Assembly (NCBI GenBank): GCA_043228905.1
Contig: JBHGNT010000017.1
Location: 15,128,001 to 15,192,000 of the forward strand
DNA length: 64,000 nucleotides
Reading direction: 5' to 3'
From: Azolla caroliniana
Taxonomy: Eukaryota > Plantae > Polypodiophyta
Shown: piece after piece, positions 10,930 through 21,753 of the stretch
Layout of the letters: each line of letters starts with the position of its first letter
Numbering within the stretch: position 1 is the stretch's first letter
Program-made: the position numbers and the translations under genes
The notes under the pieces: model-generated
What the model was told of the DNA's origin: nothing
Seen by the model: the letters and a program-made list of their open reading frames with translations, nothing else
Database searches by the model: none

Positions 10930-13900
10930 CTAGTGCTCTTTGCCGGGATTGCTCATGTACCGGCTCACCACTCCGACTGCATATCCGATGTCCGGTCTCG
11001 TACACACCATGGCGTACATCAAGCTCCCGACGGCTGAGGCATACGGCACTTTCATCATATCCTCCTTTTCAGCCTTTGTCTTGGGACTTTGCTTGCTGGA
11101 CAGCTTGCAGTTTGTCGGGAGGGTCGATCCGACCGGTCTTGCTTCCGACATGTTGAACCGGTGAAGCACCTTCGTCACGTACTTCTCCTGTGACAGCCAC
11201 AACTGCTTCTTCTTCCGGTCCCGGATGATGTGCATCCCTAGTATTTGCCTCGCCGGACCCAGGTCCTTCATTGAGAAGGTTCGGTGAAGAGCCTTCTTCA
11301 GCATCCGTATCTTGACCTGGTCCCGTCCGACGATCAACATGTCGTCCACGTACAGGAGGAGTATTAGAGAGTCTCCTCCTTCGAACTTCTTCACAAACAC
11401 GCAGTGGTCGGACTGCGTTTTGAGGTACCCTTCGTCGGTCATGAAGGAGTCGAACTTCCGGTACCATTGCCGGGGAGCCTGCTTCAGTCCGTAAAGGCTC
11501 TTCTTCAACCGGCATACCAGGTGCTCCTTCCCTTTCTTCTCGAATCCTTCCGGTTGCTGCATGTAGATCTCTTCTTCGAGGTCACCGTGAAGGAATGCCG
11601 TCTTCACGTCCATCTGTTCTACCTCGAGGTCCATGCTTGCCGCTATGCTCAGCACCGTCCGGATGGAGGTCATCTTCACTACCGGGGCAAATATCTCGTC
11701 GAAGTCGACGCCCTTCTTCTGCTGAAACCCCTTCACCACGATCCTGGCTTTGTATCTCGGGGGGTTTCCGGCATCTCCTGGTTTCAGCTTGAACACCCAC
11801 TTGTTTCGAAGTGCCCGCTTTCCTTTCGGCAACTCCACAAGTTCATATGTGTGGTTCTCATGCAGGGAATCCATCTCGTCCTGCATGGCACTCAACCACC
11901 TGCGGCTCTGGGTGTCATGCTTTGCTTCTTCAAAGCTCTCCGGCTCCCCCTCGTCGGTTAGCAGCACGTGCTCTGGTTCCGGAAATCTCCGGGGGGCCCT
12001 TCTCTCTCTTAGAGGATATCTCCGTTCCGGAGCTTCGGTAACCGGTTCTTCCGATTCTTCTTCATCCGAATCCATTTCGGGATCGGGGCCGGTTCCGGTA
12101 TCATTTTCATCTTCTTCGGCCGGTTCTGTTTCTTCACCGTCTTCGGCCGGATCCTCGAGAGCTAACCGGTCCCTTGCCGGTCGGGACTGCTCCTCGTAGA
12201 GTTGATCCTCACCGGTCGACTTGAAGCTCTTCATCTTCTTCTCCGACTCCCAGTCGGCGAGTGTCTTGTTCTCCATGAAGATGATATCTCGACTCCTGAA
12301 TATCTTCTTGTCGACCGGGTCCCATACTCGGTAGCCGAACTCGTCGTCGCCGTAACCGAGGAATATGCATGGCCGGGTCTTTGGATCTAGCTTTCCTCTC
12401 CGGTCCTTTGCCACATGCACGTATGCGAGACACCCGAACACCTTCAGATGCCGGTAGGACACTTCCTTACCGGTCCACACTTTCTGCGGCGTGTCTCCGT
12501 CCAAAGGTACTGAGGGTGATCTATTTATCACATACGTCGCCGTCGACATTGCCTCAGCCCAAAACCCCTTGGGTAATTTCGCATGCGCCAGCATACTCCG
12601 GACCCTCTCCATTATGGTCCGGTTCATCCTCTCGGCCAGCCCGTTCAGTTCCGGCGTCTTCGGCACAGTAAACTCGAGCCGGATCCCCTTCGAGCGACAG
12701 TACTCCTGGAACTGCCCCCGGTATTCCCCTCCGTTATCCGCTCGTATCGCTTTCAGCTTCTTGCCGGATTCTCTTTCCACTCTCGCGTGGAGTTCTTTGA
12801 AGACGGACAACACTTGGTCCTTTGTCTTCATCGGTGCCGTCCACAGTCTTCGGCTATGATCATCTATGAATGTTACGAAGTACTGGGCTCCGCCATGTGA
12901 CTTCGTTTCTACCTGACACACATCGGTGTGCACCAACTCCAATGGTGCGCTACGTCTCGTCGGTGGCCTTGAGTGGAAGGAGGTTCGGTTCTGCTTACCG
13001 GCCAGGCAATCGGTGCACTTTTCCAGGTGCACATGCTTCACTGGGATAAGGTTGTCTTCTGCAAGCCTCTTCATCCCCTTCTCACTCATGTGGCACAGTC
13101 TTTTGTGCCACAGCTCACCGGCAGTGTCGGCTGCCACATTCAGCTCTTCCGGACATAGCCGGGAGTTCATCAGGTACAGTGTGTTGACCTTCCGGGCCCG
13201 AGCCACTATCAGGCTCCCCTTGCTGAACTTCATGACACCGTTCCGGATGCTACCCGTGTAGCCTTCATCATCTAGCCTCCCGGCCGAGATCAGGTTCAAT
13301 CGGACTTCCGGAACGTGTCGCACATCCTTCAGCAGCATCTTGCATCCGGTTGATGTCATCAGCCACACGTCTCCTATGCCGGCAATCCGGCATGTGCCTT
13401 CATTTCCCATCCGGACACAGCCATGCTCACCGGCTGTGTAGGATGAGAAGTATTTCTTCTCCGGGGTCAGGTGGAACGACGCTCCGGAATCGACCACCCA
13501 GGTCATCTCTACACCGGCAAGGTTCAGCTCCCTCTCTTCGGTAATGAGCATTATCTCTTCTTCACTTGCCGCGAGTGCCGTCGTTCCTTTCCGGTCCTGC
13601 CCTCGCCGATCCGGACCTCTCCGGTCCGTGGCTCCCCGGTATGCACCGTTTCTCTCCGGTGACTTCTTCGAATCGGTGTCGTCGGCTCCGTTGTCCTTTC
13701 GGTAATGCCGACAATTCTTCCGGAAGTGCCCCGGCTTCCCACAGTGGAAGCATGTGGGCCTTCCTCTTGACTGCGACCGGGTCCCCGACTTCTCCCGTCT
13801 TTGCGGACTCCGGTTCCATTGTCTTCCCCGATCCGATTCGGTAAGCAGCGCCTTCGAGTCGGAGGCCGGTTCTTTATCTCTCCGACGCGCTTCTTCGTTC

Positions 13901-14448
13901 AAAATGCTTGTCTTTACCGTTTGTAGAGACAAGTTATCTTCGGTGCAGGAGGTGCTGAGAGTCACCACCAAGTTCTCCCAGCTTTCCGGCAATGTACACA
14001 TCAGAATGATGGCTTGCATTGCATCCTCCAACGGGAACTTGATCGCCGCAAGCTGGTTCACGAATCCCATGAACGTGCTTACGTGTTCCACCATACTCTC
14101 GCCGTCCCGATACTTGAGGTTCACTATCTTTCTCATCAGGGAGGTTCGGTTCAACGCATTCTTCCTCTCGTAGAGGCCCGACAGCTTCCTCCACATCTCA
14201 TATGCGTTGGTGTCGTTCGCCACGTGTTGTAGAACGCTCACGTCGACGTATTGCCGAATGGTTGCAACGGCTTTCCAGTTCAGAAGCCTCCACTCCGTCT
14301 CAAGTACCCCCTTGGGTATTTCCGACCTGTCGATCGGTTCATACAGGTCCCGAACAATGAGCAGATCCTCCATCTTTATCTTCCAGTCGGCGTAGTTCTG
14401 CGCATTCAGCACCATCATCCCCGGCTGCCCGCTGCTGCCGCCTTCCAT
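10930..14448 (-). CDS. Copia gag-PR-IN-RT polyprotein ending at a nonsense codon (EH[W->TAG])
   Basis: ATG at 14448 (MEGGSSG); zinc knuckle CFHCGKPGHFRKNC; WVVDSGASFH; LWHKRLCH; ELVHTDVC...ADNGGEY...NGLAERMNRT; YKARIVVKGF, MDVKTAFLHG, LYVDDML. Confidence 0.95.
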   Translation of the reverse strand: MEGGSSGQPGMMVLNAQNYADWKIKMEDLLIVRDLYEPIDRSEIPKGVLETEWRLLNWKAVATIRQYVDVSVLQHVANDTNAYEMWRKLSGLYERKNALNRTSLMRKIVNLKYRDGESMVEHVSTFMGFVNQLAAIKFPLEDAMQAIILMCTLPESWENLVVTLSTSCTEDNLSLQTVKTSILNEEARRRDKEPASDSKALLTESDRGRQWNRSPQRREKSGTRSQSRGRPTCFHCGKPGHFRKNCRHYRKDNGADDTDSKKSPERNGAYRGATDRRGPDRRGQDRKGTTALAASEEEIMLITEERELNLAGVEMTWVVDSGASFHLTPEKKYFSSYTAGEHGCVRMGNEGTCRIAGIGDVWLMTSTGCKMLLKDVRHVPEVRLNLISAGRLDDEGYTGSIRNGVMKFSKGSLIVARARKVNTLYLMNSRLCPEELNVAADTAGELWHKRLCHMSEKGMKRLAEDNLIPVKHVHLEKCTDCLAGKQNRTSFHSRPPTRRSAPLELVHTDVCQVETKSHGGAQYFVTFIDDHSRRLWTAPMKTKDQVLSVFKELHARVERESGKKLKAIRADNGGEYRGQFQEYCRSKGIRLEFTVPKTPELNGLAERMNRTIMERVRSMLAHAKLPKGFWAEAMSTATYVINRSPSVPLDGDTPQKVWTGKEVSYRHLKVFGCLAYVHVAKDRRGKLDPKTRPCIFLGYGDDEFGYRVWDPVDKKIFRSRDIIFMENKTLADWESEKKMKSFKSTGEDQLYEEQSRPARDRLALEDPAEDGEETEPAEEDENDTGTGPDPEMDSDEEESEEPVTEAPERRYPLRERRAPRRFPEPEHVLLTDEGEPESFEEAKHDTQSRRWLSAMQDEMDSLHENHTYELVELPKGKRALRNKWVFKLKPGDAGNPPRYKARIVVKGFQQKKGVDFDEIFAPVVKMTSIRTVLSIAASMDLEVEQMDVKTAFLHGDLEEEIYMQQPEGFEKKGKEHLVCRLKKSLYGLKQAPRQWYRKFDSFMTDEGYLKTQSDHCVFVKKFEGGDSLILLLYVDDMLIVGRDQVKIRMLKKALHRTFSMKDLGPARQILGMHIIRDRKKKQLWLSQEKYVTKVLHRFNMSEARPVGSTLPTNCKLSSKQSPKTKAEKEDMMKVPYASAVGSLMYAMVCTRPDIGYAVGVVSRYMSNPGKEH

Positions 14449-14479
14449 TTTCTGTGTTACCGTCGCTCTGATACCACTT

Positions 14480-15147
14480 TGTCGAAATTCCGTGCTCGGC
14501 CACAACCGAGGAACTGGATCGATTCACAGAAAACGGGAAATACAACAATGCACGAAAACAATAGAGAGAAGGGTACACTGGATGTTTTACGTGGAAAACC
14601 CTAAATGGGAAAAACCACGGGAGTGCAAGACTCCAACTATCACTATACGCGGGAATGTACAATGGCGAGCTGCAAGGCGACGACCTTGAGCTCACTGTCC
14701 TCGCCACATGCGGCGGTATTACACAGAGGCGTCGACCTCTTCCTTCCTCTTTCTCTCTCACTCTCTCTCGGCTGCTCTCACTTCGCTCCCTCTTAGTGGA
14801 AAACAGAAAAATGAGCAACAACATAAATTGTTTGCCCTAAGTCATATTTATACACATATGACTTTCGGGCTATTTACAAATATAGCCTCAAGGGCTCTTG
14901 GCAAACATATTCACAAATATGTCCCCGCATCCGGATCTCCCTCCGGGTACATTCGTCATCCGGCTCCGTAACCGGGGTCTTCAGCATCCGGCTCCGTAGC
15001 CGGGGTCTTCATCATCCGGCACCGTAGCCGGGGTCTTCATCATCCGGCTCCGTAGCCGGGGTCTTCATCATCCGGCACCGTAACCGCAACCGGGCTTGCC
15101 GTCATTCATCTCCGGACATCCCATCCGGAGGGACCGAAATCCCAACA
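14480..15147 (-). repeat. 5' LTR of the young copia
   Basis: TG...CA ends; adjacent to the iMet PBS; one more 28-bp unit than the 3' LTR. Confidence 0.95.
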
Positions 15148-15869
15148 CATTCCAATCATACGAGTAAATGATAGAGTATAAACTTATCTCCAATATACCC
15201 CAAATGATAAAGGAGAGTTTGGATAACATGTACACATACAAGTATACTTAATTTCTAAGTTCAATGATTGTTACACGAAAATTATAAGTAAGCTCAACTT
15301 ATATATTACGTCAAAATTTAACAATTCATATTGTTCAAAATTTACAATAAGCCATAACCATTCAATCGAATAATAAGTCTGGTAAAGCCGTCTACTCAGG
15401 AGTAGCTCTTTCATCAAGATTGTCCTCATTGGCTTCGTCAGTACACTAAGTTGAATTGTTAGTATGTTCAGACTCTGAAACGTCTTCTAATTCAACAAGT
15501 TGCCCTACGTCTTCATCTATAGTTCCACAAGTTTTCTAAAAGTCATCTGGAACATCTAAGTTTTATTGATATGCTTTGCCCCAACTTCTTGGTCTTGATC
15601 AGGACAACCCCAGATACCTTGGATCCTCATTTTGATGACATTAACTTGCTCAAGGTCCTTCTCTAATGCAACAGAGTTCCTGATAATCTTTAAGGCGTAT
15701 GTTTTAGTAGTACATGACAGTAGAATGAAATTGCATAGGTAACATCAAACTGAAGAATAGAATATAACGTTAATCTAAATTGATGTAAGTTTTATATTAT
15801 ATACGTGTGTCAGAAAACTAATCTAAAACCCATTGAAAATTTGAAACAATAAAATTTGAAAAAATAAAA

Positions 15870-18275
15870 AATCTTGGATTTTTAATTGGAATCCAATGCG
15901 ATGCACTAGATTTCAGTTGAAAATCCAAGTTTTTTTTTTTTGTAATTTTTAAAAAAATTTCCATTAAAAAATAAAAAATGGATTTTCAGCTAAAATACTA
16001 TGCATTACATTATATTTTAGTATATATAGCTAGAATCTAATGCAATGCGTTGGATTAGAGTCGAAAATCCATTTTTCTTTTTTCTTTTTCCAATGTTATT
16101 TATTTATTTATTTATTTATTTTCCATATAAAATAATAATAAACGGCTTTTCAACTAAAATCCGATACACTACATCAGATCGTAGTCTATACAGCTAGACA
16201 TTGATGCATAGGGAGGTTGTCAAGCACATCTTCATGTATCTAAGAGGAACCGAAGATGTACAATTGACTTTCGGATTGTGTTGGTGTAATGGTAATGGGG
16301 GGACACTCCAACCGTTGGGTTGGAGGTTCGAGTCTCCCTGCACCAACATACATGTGGTACCTAAAAACAAAAGGGCAGTTTGTGCCCGTAAGTGGCGACG
16401 ACGAAGATGACGAAGATGGTGAAAAGGGCGGTTTGTGCCCGTAAGTGACGATGACAAAGATAGTGGCGACGACGCAGATGGTGACAGTGAAGGGCGGTAT
16501 AAAACATGACTTCGTGTGAGTTGTAGCCTTCGGGCAAGCCAAAGATAAAAAATACTAAAGTAGTATCTCTAAATGGAAATCCGATACACTACATCAGATT
16601 GTAGTCTATACAGCTAGACATTGATGCATTGCATCAGATTTTAGCTGGCAATCCTCTTTCTTTTCAATTGTTTTTCATTTTTTCAAAAAATAAATAAAAA
16701 TATATTAAAAAAGTGGATTTCCAACTGAAATCTAATGCACTGCATCGAATTTCTTTTAGGTTTTTCATAAAACAATGAGATAATAAAAAAATATTACATT
16801 TTCAACAAAATCTGAACCATTGAGTCGGATTTCAATTGCAAATTAATGTTTTATGAAAAAACATAAGAAAAATATTGGACTTTCAACGGAAATCTGATGC
16901 ACTCATCGGATTTCCGTTGAAACTCAGTGATTTTGAACGGAAATCCGATGCAGTGCATCGGATTTCCATTGAAAATCCTGTTGAAAATGATCTGTTTTCA
17001 ATGGGAATCCGATGCACTGCATCGGATTCCCGTTGAAAACACATCATTTTAAATGGAGAAAATCACAATTTGTTTATTTTTAACAGTTTTTTAGAGAAAA
17101 ATATAAACAAATAAGAAAATTTGTAAACAAACAAGAAAAAGTGGACTTTCAATGGAAATCCGATGCAGTGCATCGGATTTCCGTTGAAAATCCATTTTTT
17201 TCAATTCCTATATATTTATTTATGATAAAAACAAAAATAATTCAAAACAAATACAAAAACAAATTCAAAATATCTGAAAAATTGGAAACAAATAAAACAA
17301 AATGGATTTTCAATAGAAATCCGATGTAGTGCATCAGATTTCTGTTGAAAACCCATTTTTTGCAATTTTTATTTATTTATTTATGGGAAAAAATGAAAAA
17401 AAAATTTAAAAAATACAAAAAAATATTTTAAAATATGAAAATTTGGTAACAAATAGCAAAAAGTGAACTTTCAATAGAAATCCGATGCAATGCATCGGAT
17501 TTCCTTTGAAAATTCATTTTTTCAATTTCTATATAGTTATTTATGAGAAAATAGACAAACAAAATACCAAAACAATTCTAAAAACTATGAAAATTTGGAA
17601 AAAAATAAGAAAAAGTGGATTTTCTATGGAAATCCGATGCAGTGCATCGGATTTCCATTGAAAATTTATTTTTTCAATATTTATTTATTTTTTATAGAAA
17701 AAATTCAAAAAAATTCAAAACAATTCAAAAAAAAAAAAAAATTTGAAAAAAATACGTAAAAGTGGACTTTCAACCAAAATCCGATGCAGTGCATCGGATT
17801 TCAGTTGAAAATCAATTTTTTAAATTTTTATTTATTTTTTTATGGGAAAAATAAAAACAAATTCAAAAACAATTCAAAAAATAAGAAAATTTTCAAAAAA
17901 ATAAGAGAAATTGGATTTTCAATTGAATCCGATGCACGGAATTGGATTTCCATTGAAATCTAATTTTTCAATTTTTATTTATTTATTTACGAGTAAAATA
18001 AAAAATGTTTATTTATTTATTTATTGGAAAATGTTTTATTTTTTCAATTTGTATTTATTTATGTATTTTTGGGAAATCCATGCAATGTATCATATTTTAG
18101 TATATGTAGCTAGAATTCAATGCAATGCATTAAAATGCAAGAGTATTTTTTTAATGGAAATTTTTAAAAAAATTCCAAGACTTACAGGAATCTGATGCAT
18201 TATATCCAATTCTAGATGTATAGAGTAAAATTCGACATGTTGCGTCAAATCTAGATGGAATGAATCGGATTTCTG
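15870..18275. repeat. Array of palindromic repeats (core GAAATCCGATGCA-G-TGCATCGGATTTC) with AT-rich linkers
   Basis: More than 14 recognisable copies; regular ~150-160-bp period at 17141, 17302, 17463, 17614, 17762, 17911; shorter spacing and more decay at the edges. Confidence 0.92.
16206..16579 (+). mobile_element. Copied segment of copia RNase H flank plus SINE (matches 7355-7675)
   Basis: Includes ~70 bp of copia sequence upstream of the SINE head; flanked by a 53-bp duplication (16157-16209 and 16577-16629). Confidence 0.9.
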
Positions 18276-18288
18276 TACGACATCAAAG

Positions 18289-18610
18289 GCTTACTATGAG
18301 AATCTAAGAAAAATGGAAAACATCTTTAAGACATTTTTTAGATTCTAATGATTTTGGTAGAAAGCTTCTCTCACATAATCTAATCTTGTAAATGGAAAGT
18401 ACATAATGAAATATCATAACCAAAAAGTGAGGAGGAAAGATGCATCAAGCACATCTACTCTTACATTGGATAATGTTTATATATTAGTGTATGACTTATC
18501 TTTGACCAAAACAAGTTATCTGTGACAGACCACAATGAAGATACTAAAAGAGGATCTGGAATGTGGCTTCAGACACAACACAAAGACAAACAAGAAGCAT
18601 GACTCATAAA
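18289..18610 (+). pseudogene. Possible C-terminal remnant of a transposon-encoded protein
   Basis: Stop-interrupted frame ...GKYIMKYHNQ...TLTLDNVYILVYDLSLTKTSYL*QTTMKILKEDL; lies inside the TIR element; identity not established. Confidence 0.35.
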
Positions 18611-19040
18611 CTCGATGAGGTTGGATTGCAATTGGATCAACACAATGCATTAGTTGCCATTGATGATGAGGATGAGACCTCATAAACTCGTACTAGTTCA
18701 TCTAATGGAAGATGATGACATAAACTTGAAAAATGATTGTCCTGATATGTTAACTATAAATATTGTATTGCACATCAAGATTTGGATTCAGAATTTCTAT
18801 AAATATTGGGGTTAGTCATTTTGGACATTCATTTGTAAGTTTGGCATGTCCATTATTTAGGCATTTTTTTGAACACCTAAATTTCCGTACATGTTAAAAA
18901 TCAATATATTTTTGGGTCATTTTTAAAATTCCTTTACACGCATGCGGCACCCCTTTTTGTGAATCACCCTAATTTGTGTCATTTTTTGATGGACAGTTCT
19001 CAAAATGCGACATATTACCTGTTTCAAATGTCCCGGTGTT

Positions 19041-19468
19041 TAATCCCGAAAAATGTGAGTTTGTGTACAAGATATTACCTTCTTAGGTTTCCGAGTGGGG
19101 AAACGTGCCCCCCCTAACTAGCGCAACCCCCCTAACTAACCTAACTAAAGCTAAAACAAGTTTTAAATGGATACCACTAGAACAAGATGCTTTCGAAAAA
19201 CTCAAAGAAGTAGTGGGTTCGCGACCAGTGCTTAAGTTACCCAATTTTACTAAATCATTTCAAATCCATACGTATGCTTCTAATGTGACTTATGGTGCAA
19301 TTTTGATACAAGATGGACATCCGGTCGCTTATGAATCCAAGAAAATTTCAAAGATTGAAGCTAGGTGGCCTACTCATGAGAAAGAAATGGTGCTATCGTC
19401 TATGCCTTATGCAAATGACGTCATTATGTCCAAGTTAAATTTACTAAAGTATTCACGGATAATGTATC
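19041..19468 (+). pseudogene. Gypsy RT end and RNase H of the outer host element
   Basis: PEKCEF; PLTNLTKAKTSFKW...AFEKLKE...PVLKLPNFTKSFQIHTYAS...GHPVAYES...EKEM; continues at 32631 (VFTDNVSLQYF). Confidence 0.88.
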
Positions 19469-19920
19469 TGTTATGGGCATGACCATATAATATCCCGTGG
19501 TGAGAATTTACCGTACTATTCTATGCACGTGGATAAGTTTGTGGGTTAAACGAGAGTGTAAAGAAGGGAAGGATTACTTTTAATCCTCGAGATTGAGACA
19601 ACCCATTATGCCAAGTGTGAACTTGCCTGGAGGCCTTGGGTATCGCTATAAATATGAGGCCTAGCTACCCTCATTTCATGATATCTTGACTAAGTCAAGA
19701 CTCTGTTTCGTGGTGGGTCAACTCTTGTAGCAAGCTCGCCAACACCAGGTACGACTTGATGCCACGGCAGTGGTATGGGACGCCAATCGAGGCTCGAGTC
19801 CGTCTCGATCCCTTCGCTCGAGGGTGGTCAAGTGGATCGGCACCCTTCTTTCTCTCTCTCCTTTCTATCTATCTATCTTTTATCCTTATCATATGCTTAC
19901 TTTAGATCATAACTCTAACA
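19469..19920 (+). repeat. 5' LTR of the chromovirus
   Basis: TGTTA...TAACA; TATA CTATAAATA ~19646; repeated at 32176-32625. Confidence 0.93.
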
Positions 19921-20080
19921 GTTGGTATAAGAGCTTATGTTTCTAATGTTTCCTTTGTTTGTTTTTGTCTTCTTGATAAGCATATGATAAGGATAAAAGA
20001 TAGATAGATAGAAAGGAGAGAGAGAAAGAAGGGTGCCGATCCACTCGACCACCCCCGAGCGAAGGGATCGAGACGGACTC
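19796..20080. repeat. 104-bp inverted repeat enclosing the LTR end and PBS
   Basis: 19977-20080 is the reverse complement of 19796-19899 with about two mismatches. Confidence 0.92.
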
Positions 20081-20143
20081 CAGTCGATCGACATGTGGTC
20101 GACCTTGATCCAGACAGTGATCAACAAAGGAACTTCGGTAACT

Positions 20144-20218
20144 CTTTTTTTTGTTTTTTTTGTTTTTTTTGTTTTTTTTGTTTTTTTTGTTTTTTTTGTT
20201 TTTTTTGTTTTTTTTGTT
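20144..20218. repeat. (TTTTTTTTG)n 9-bp minisatellite
   Basis: About 8 perfect units. Confidence 0.9.
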
Positions 20219-20322
20219 CTCCTATCTAATCATGTATATGGTCAATATGTAATTTTTTTCATTGATTCAATGATGATGTAGTGGTAATTAATTGGTTGTA
20301 TAAAACGTTTACATATGTGTAT

Positions 20323-20566
20323 GAGGTCAATACCTCATTTGACACATATTTGATATGTGATTCGTGTCGTATGCGTACGAGGTTAATACCTCAATTGCGT
20401 ATTACCTTCACATACATCTGTTACGTACGCGTATGAGGTAAATACCTCGATTTTTTGTAAATGATATGCGTTTGGTGGCGTATGCGTAAGAGGTCAATAC
20501 CTCAATTGCGTATTACGATTAACCCTTATTATTGGATGTTTCATGTGTGTAGAGGCTATATGCCTC
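20323..20566 (+). repeat. Five GAGGT-NAAT-ACCTC mini-hairpins at ~56-bp spacing in the element leader
   Basis: Copies start at 20323, 20379, 20435, 20490 and 20552 (last copy GAGGC...GCCTC). Confidence 0.8.
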
Positions 20567-21753
20567 GATTACGTGTCTCGATTTCATCATATTTTGGCTA
20601 TTTGATGTTGCGATTTTCCTTAATATACGTATGTGGCCACGTGTATACGTATTTGATCGTATATGTGTGATAAATATACATGTGTGTATTTTAGTTATAA
20701 TGTAATTTCTATATCGAATGTTGTCCTTTTCGAGGAAAGGATCTTGGTGTCTGTCCTCACATTTTTGTGAGAATGGTGTAGTCATCATCCTTTTTTCAAC
20801 AATCTTTTTTGTTGACATCCCCGTTGGTCACTTCGATTTCGTTACGTAATGAAACAATCATAGCCACAATGATGGTGAGAACGTAGGGCTTGACCCACTT
20901 CATGTGAGGTCGCTCCTAGGACACACATATCCAACATCCCTCCCTCATTACGTGGATACGATACCATCATGAGATCATTCTTACGAAAGGCATTCGTAAT
21001 GACGTAACCATGTGATGGGCCACGTGGGCCTACTATGAAAAGAGGGCTCATTTGGCTTGACCATTAGGTTGCACTTTGGCGTATGCCATCGTAATTATGA
21101 GACTTGAGGTTAGGTAACGTACCAACATAGTTTGCGGTAAACGAGGGGGAAATAAGGACTCTTGACATATATGTTTCTTTTTTAAAAACATATATGAGCA
21201 AAGGCCTCACATATCTCTTATATAAATAAAACATTCAACATTCAACACGAGCAACCTATTTGGTTAGCTCAATGCATTTGTTCTCAACGTCTCGAGTTCA
21301 AATATGACCAAAACCATACAATATTGTTGATACATATGACTATAATACATGTTTAGACTTTAGGTCTAAGTGCACTTCGGGGTCCTCGTAATAGGACTTA
21401 AAGAGCTGAAACCACATACGTGGGCACAAAAACATAGTTTATTGTTAACATTTTTTTTCGTGTATAAACTATTCATGACGCGAACATACATGGTTGAGCC
21501 TCAGGGAACCGCCATGAAAAAAATCGATATAGAGATCAGGGAAAGACATTCATTTGTCACCCCCATGGTTTTTAAAACACCTTTGTGTTACCATAGTAAC
21601 ATGATCTTGAACCTCATCTCATACGTCTAGAGGGGTATTGACGTGAGATCATAATATTGATTAATGTTGGCCCATGATATGTTTACATCACAACTTGATG
21701 TTATGACTATTTGTCTTACCTTATCCTATTTCTTTGCTAGAAATAATCATTGA

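Larger units (their letters stand above)
8937..15147 (-). mobile_element. Young full-length Ty1/copia retrotransposon with an internal third partial LTR
   Basis: LTRs 14480-15147 and 8937-9576 are nearly identical (2 substitutions seen plus one 28-bp repeat unit); TSD CATTC at 8932-8936 and 15148-15152; PBS TGGTATCAGAGC at 14465-14476 (minus); PPT AAGTGAAGGGGGAG. Confidence 0.97.
8478..19040. mobile_element. Non-autonomous TIR DNA transposon with 4-bp TSD (superfamily uncertain, possibly Sola-like)
   Basis: 37-bp TIR AACACCGGG(T/A)CATTTGAAACAGGTAATATGTCGCATT at both ends with one mismatch; TSD TAAT at 8474-8477 and 19041-19044; excision restores the gypsy RT motif. Confidence 0.88.

Noticed and set aside
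10930-10932. Programmed stop-codon readthrough in the copia pol
   Set aside because: The TAG replaces a conserved Trp codon by one transition and lacks a CARYYA readthrough context.
11300-14400. Many overlapping plus-strand ORFs as antisense genes
   Set aside because: These are shadow ORFs expected opposite a GC-rich coding strand and show no recognisable motifs.
15870-18275. CRISPR-like array (palindromic repeats with spacers)
   Set aside because: The linkers are ~100 bp, low-complexity and homologous to each other, the repeats are degenerate, there are no cas genes and the context is eukaryotic. It is a tandem repeat.
21255-21310. Possible degenerate SINE head in the chromovirus leader (TAGCTCAATG...GAGTTCAAAT)
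   Set aside because: Box spacing is short and no TSD or tail was found; too weak to call.
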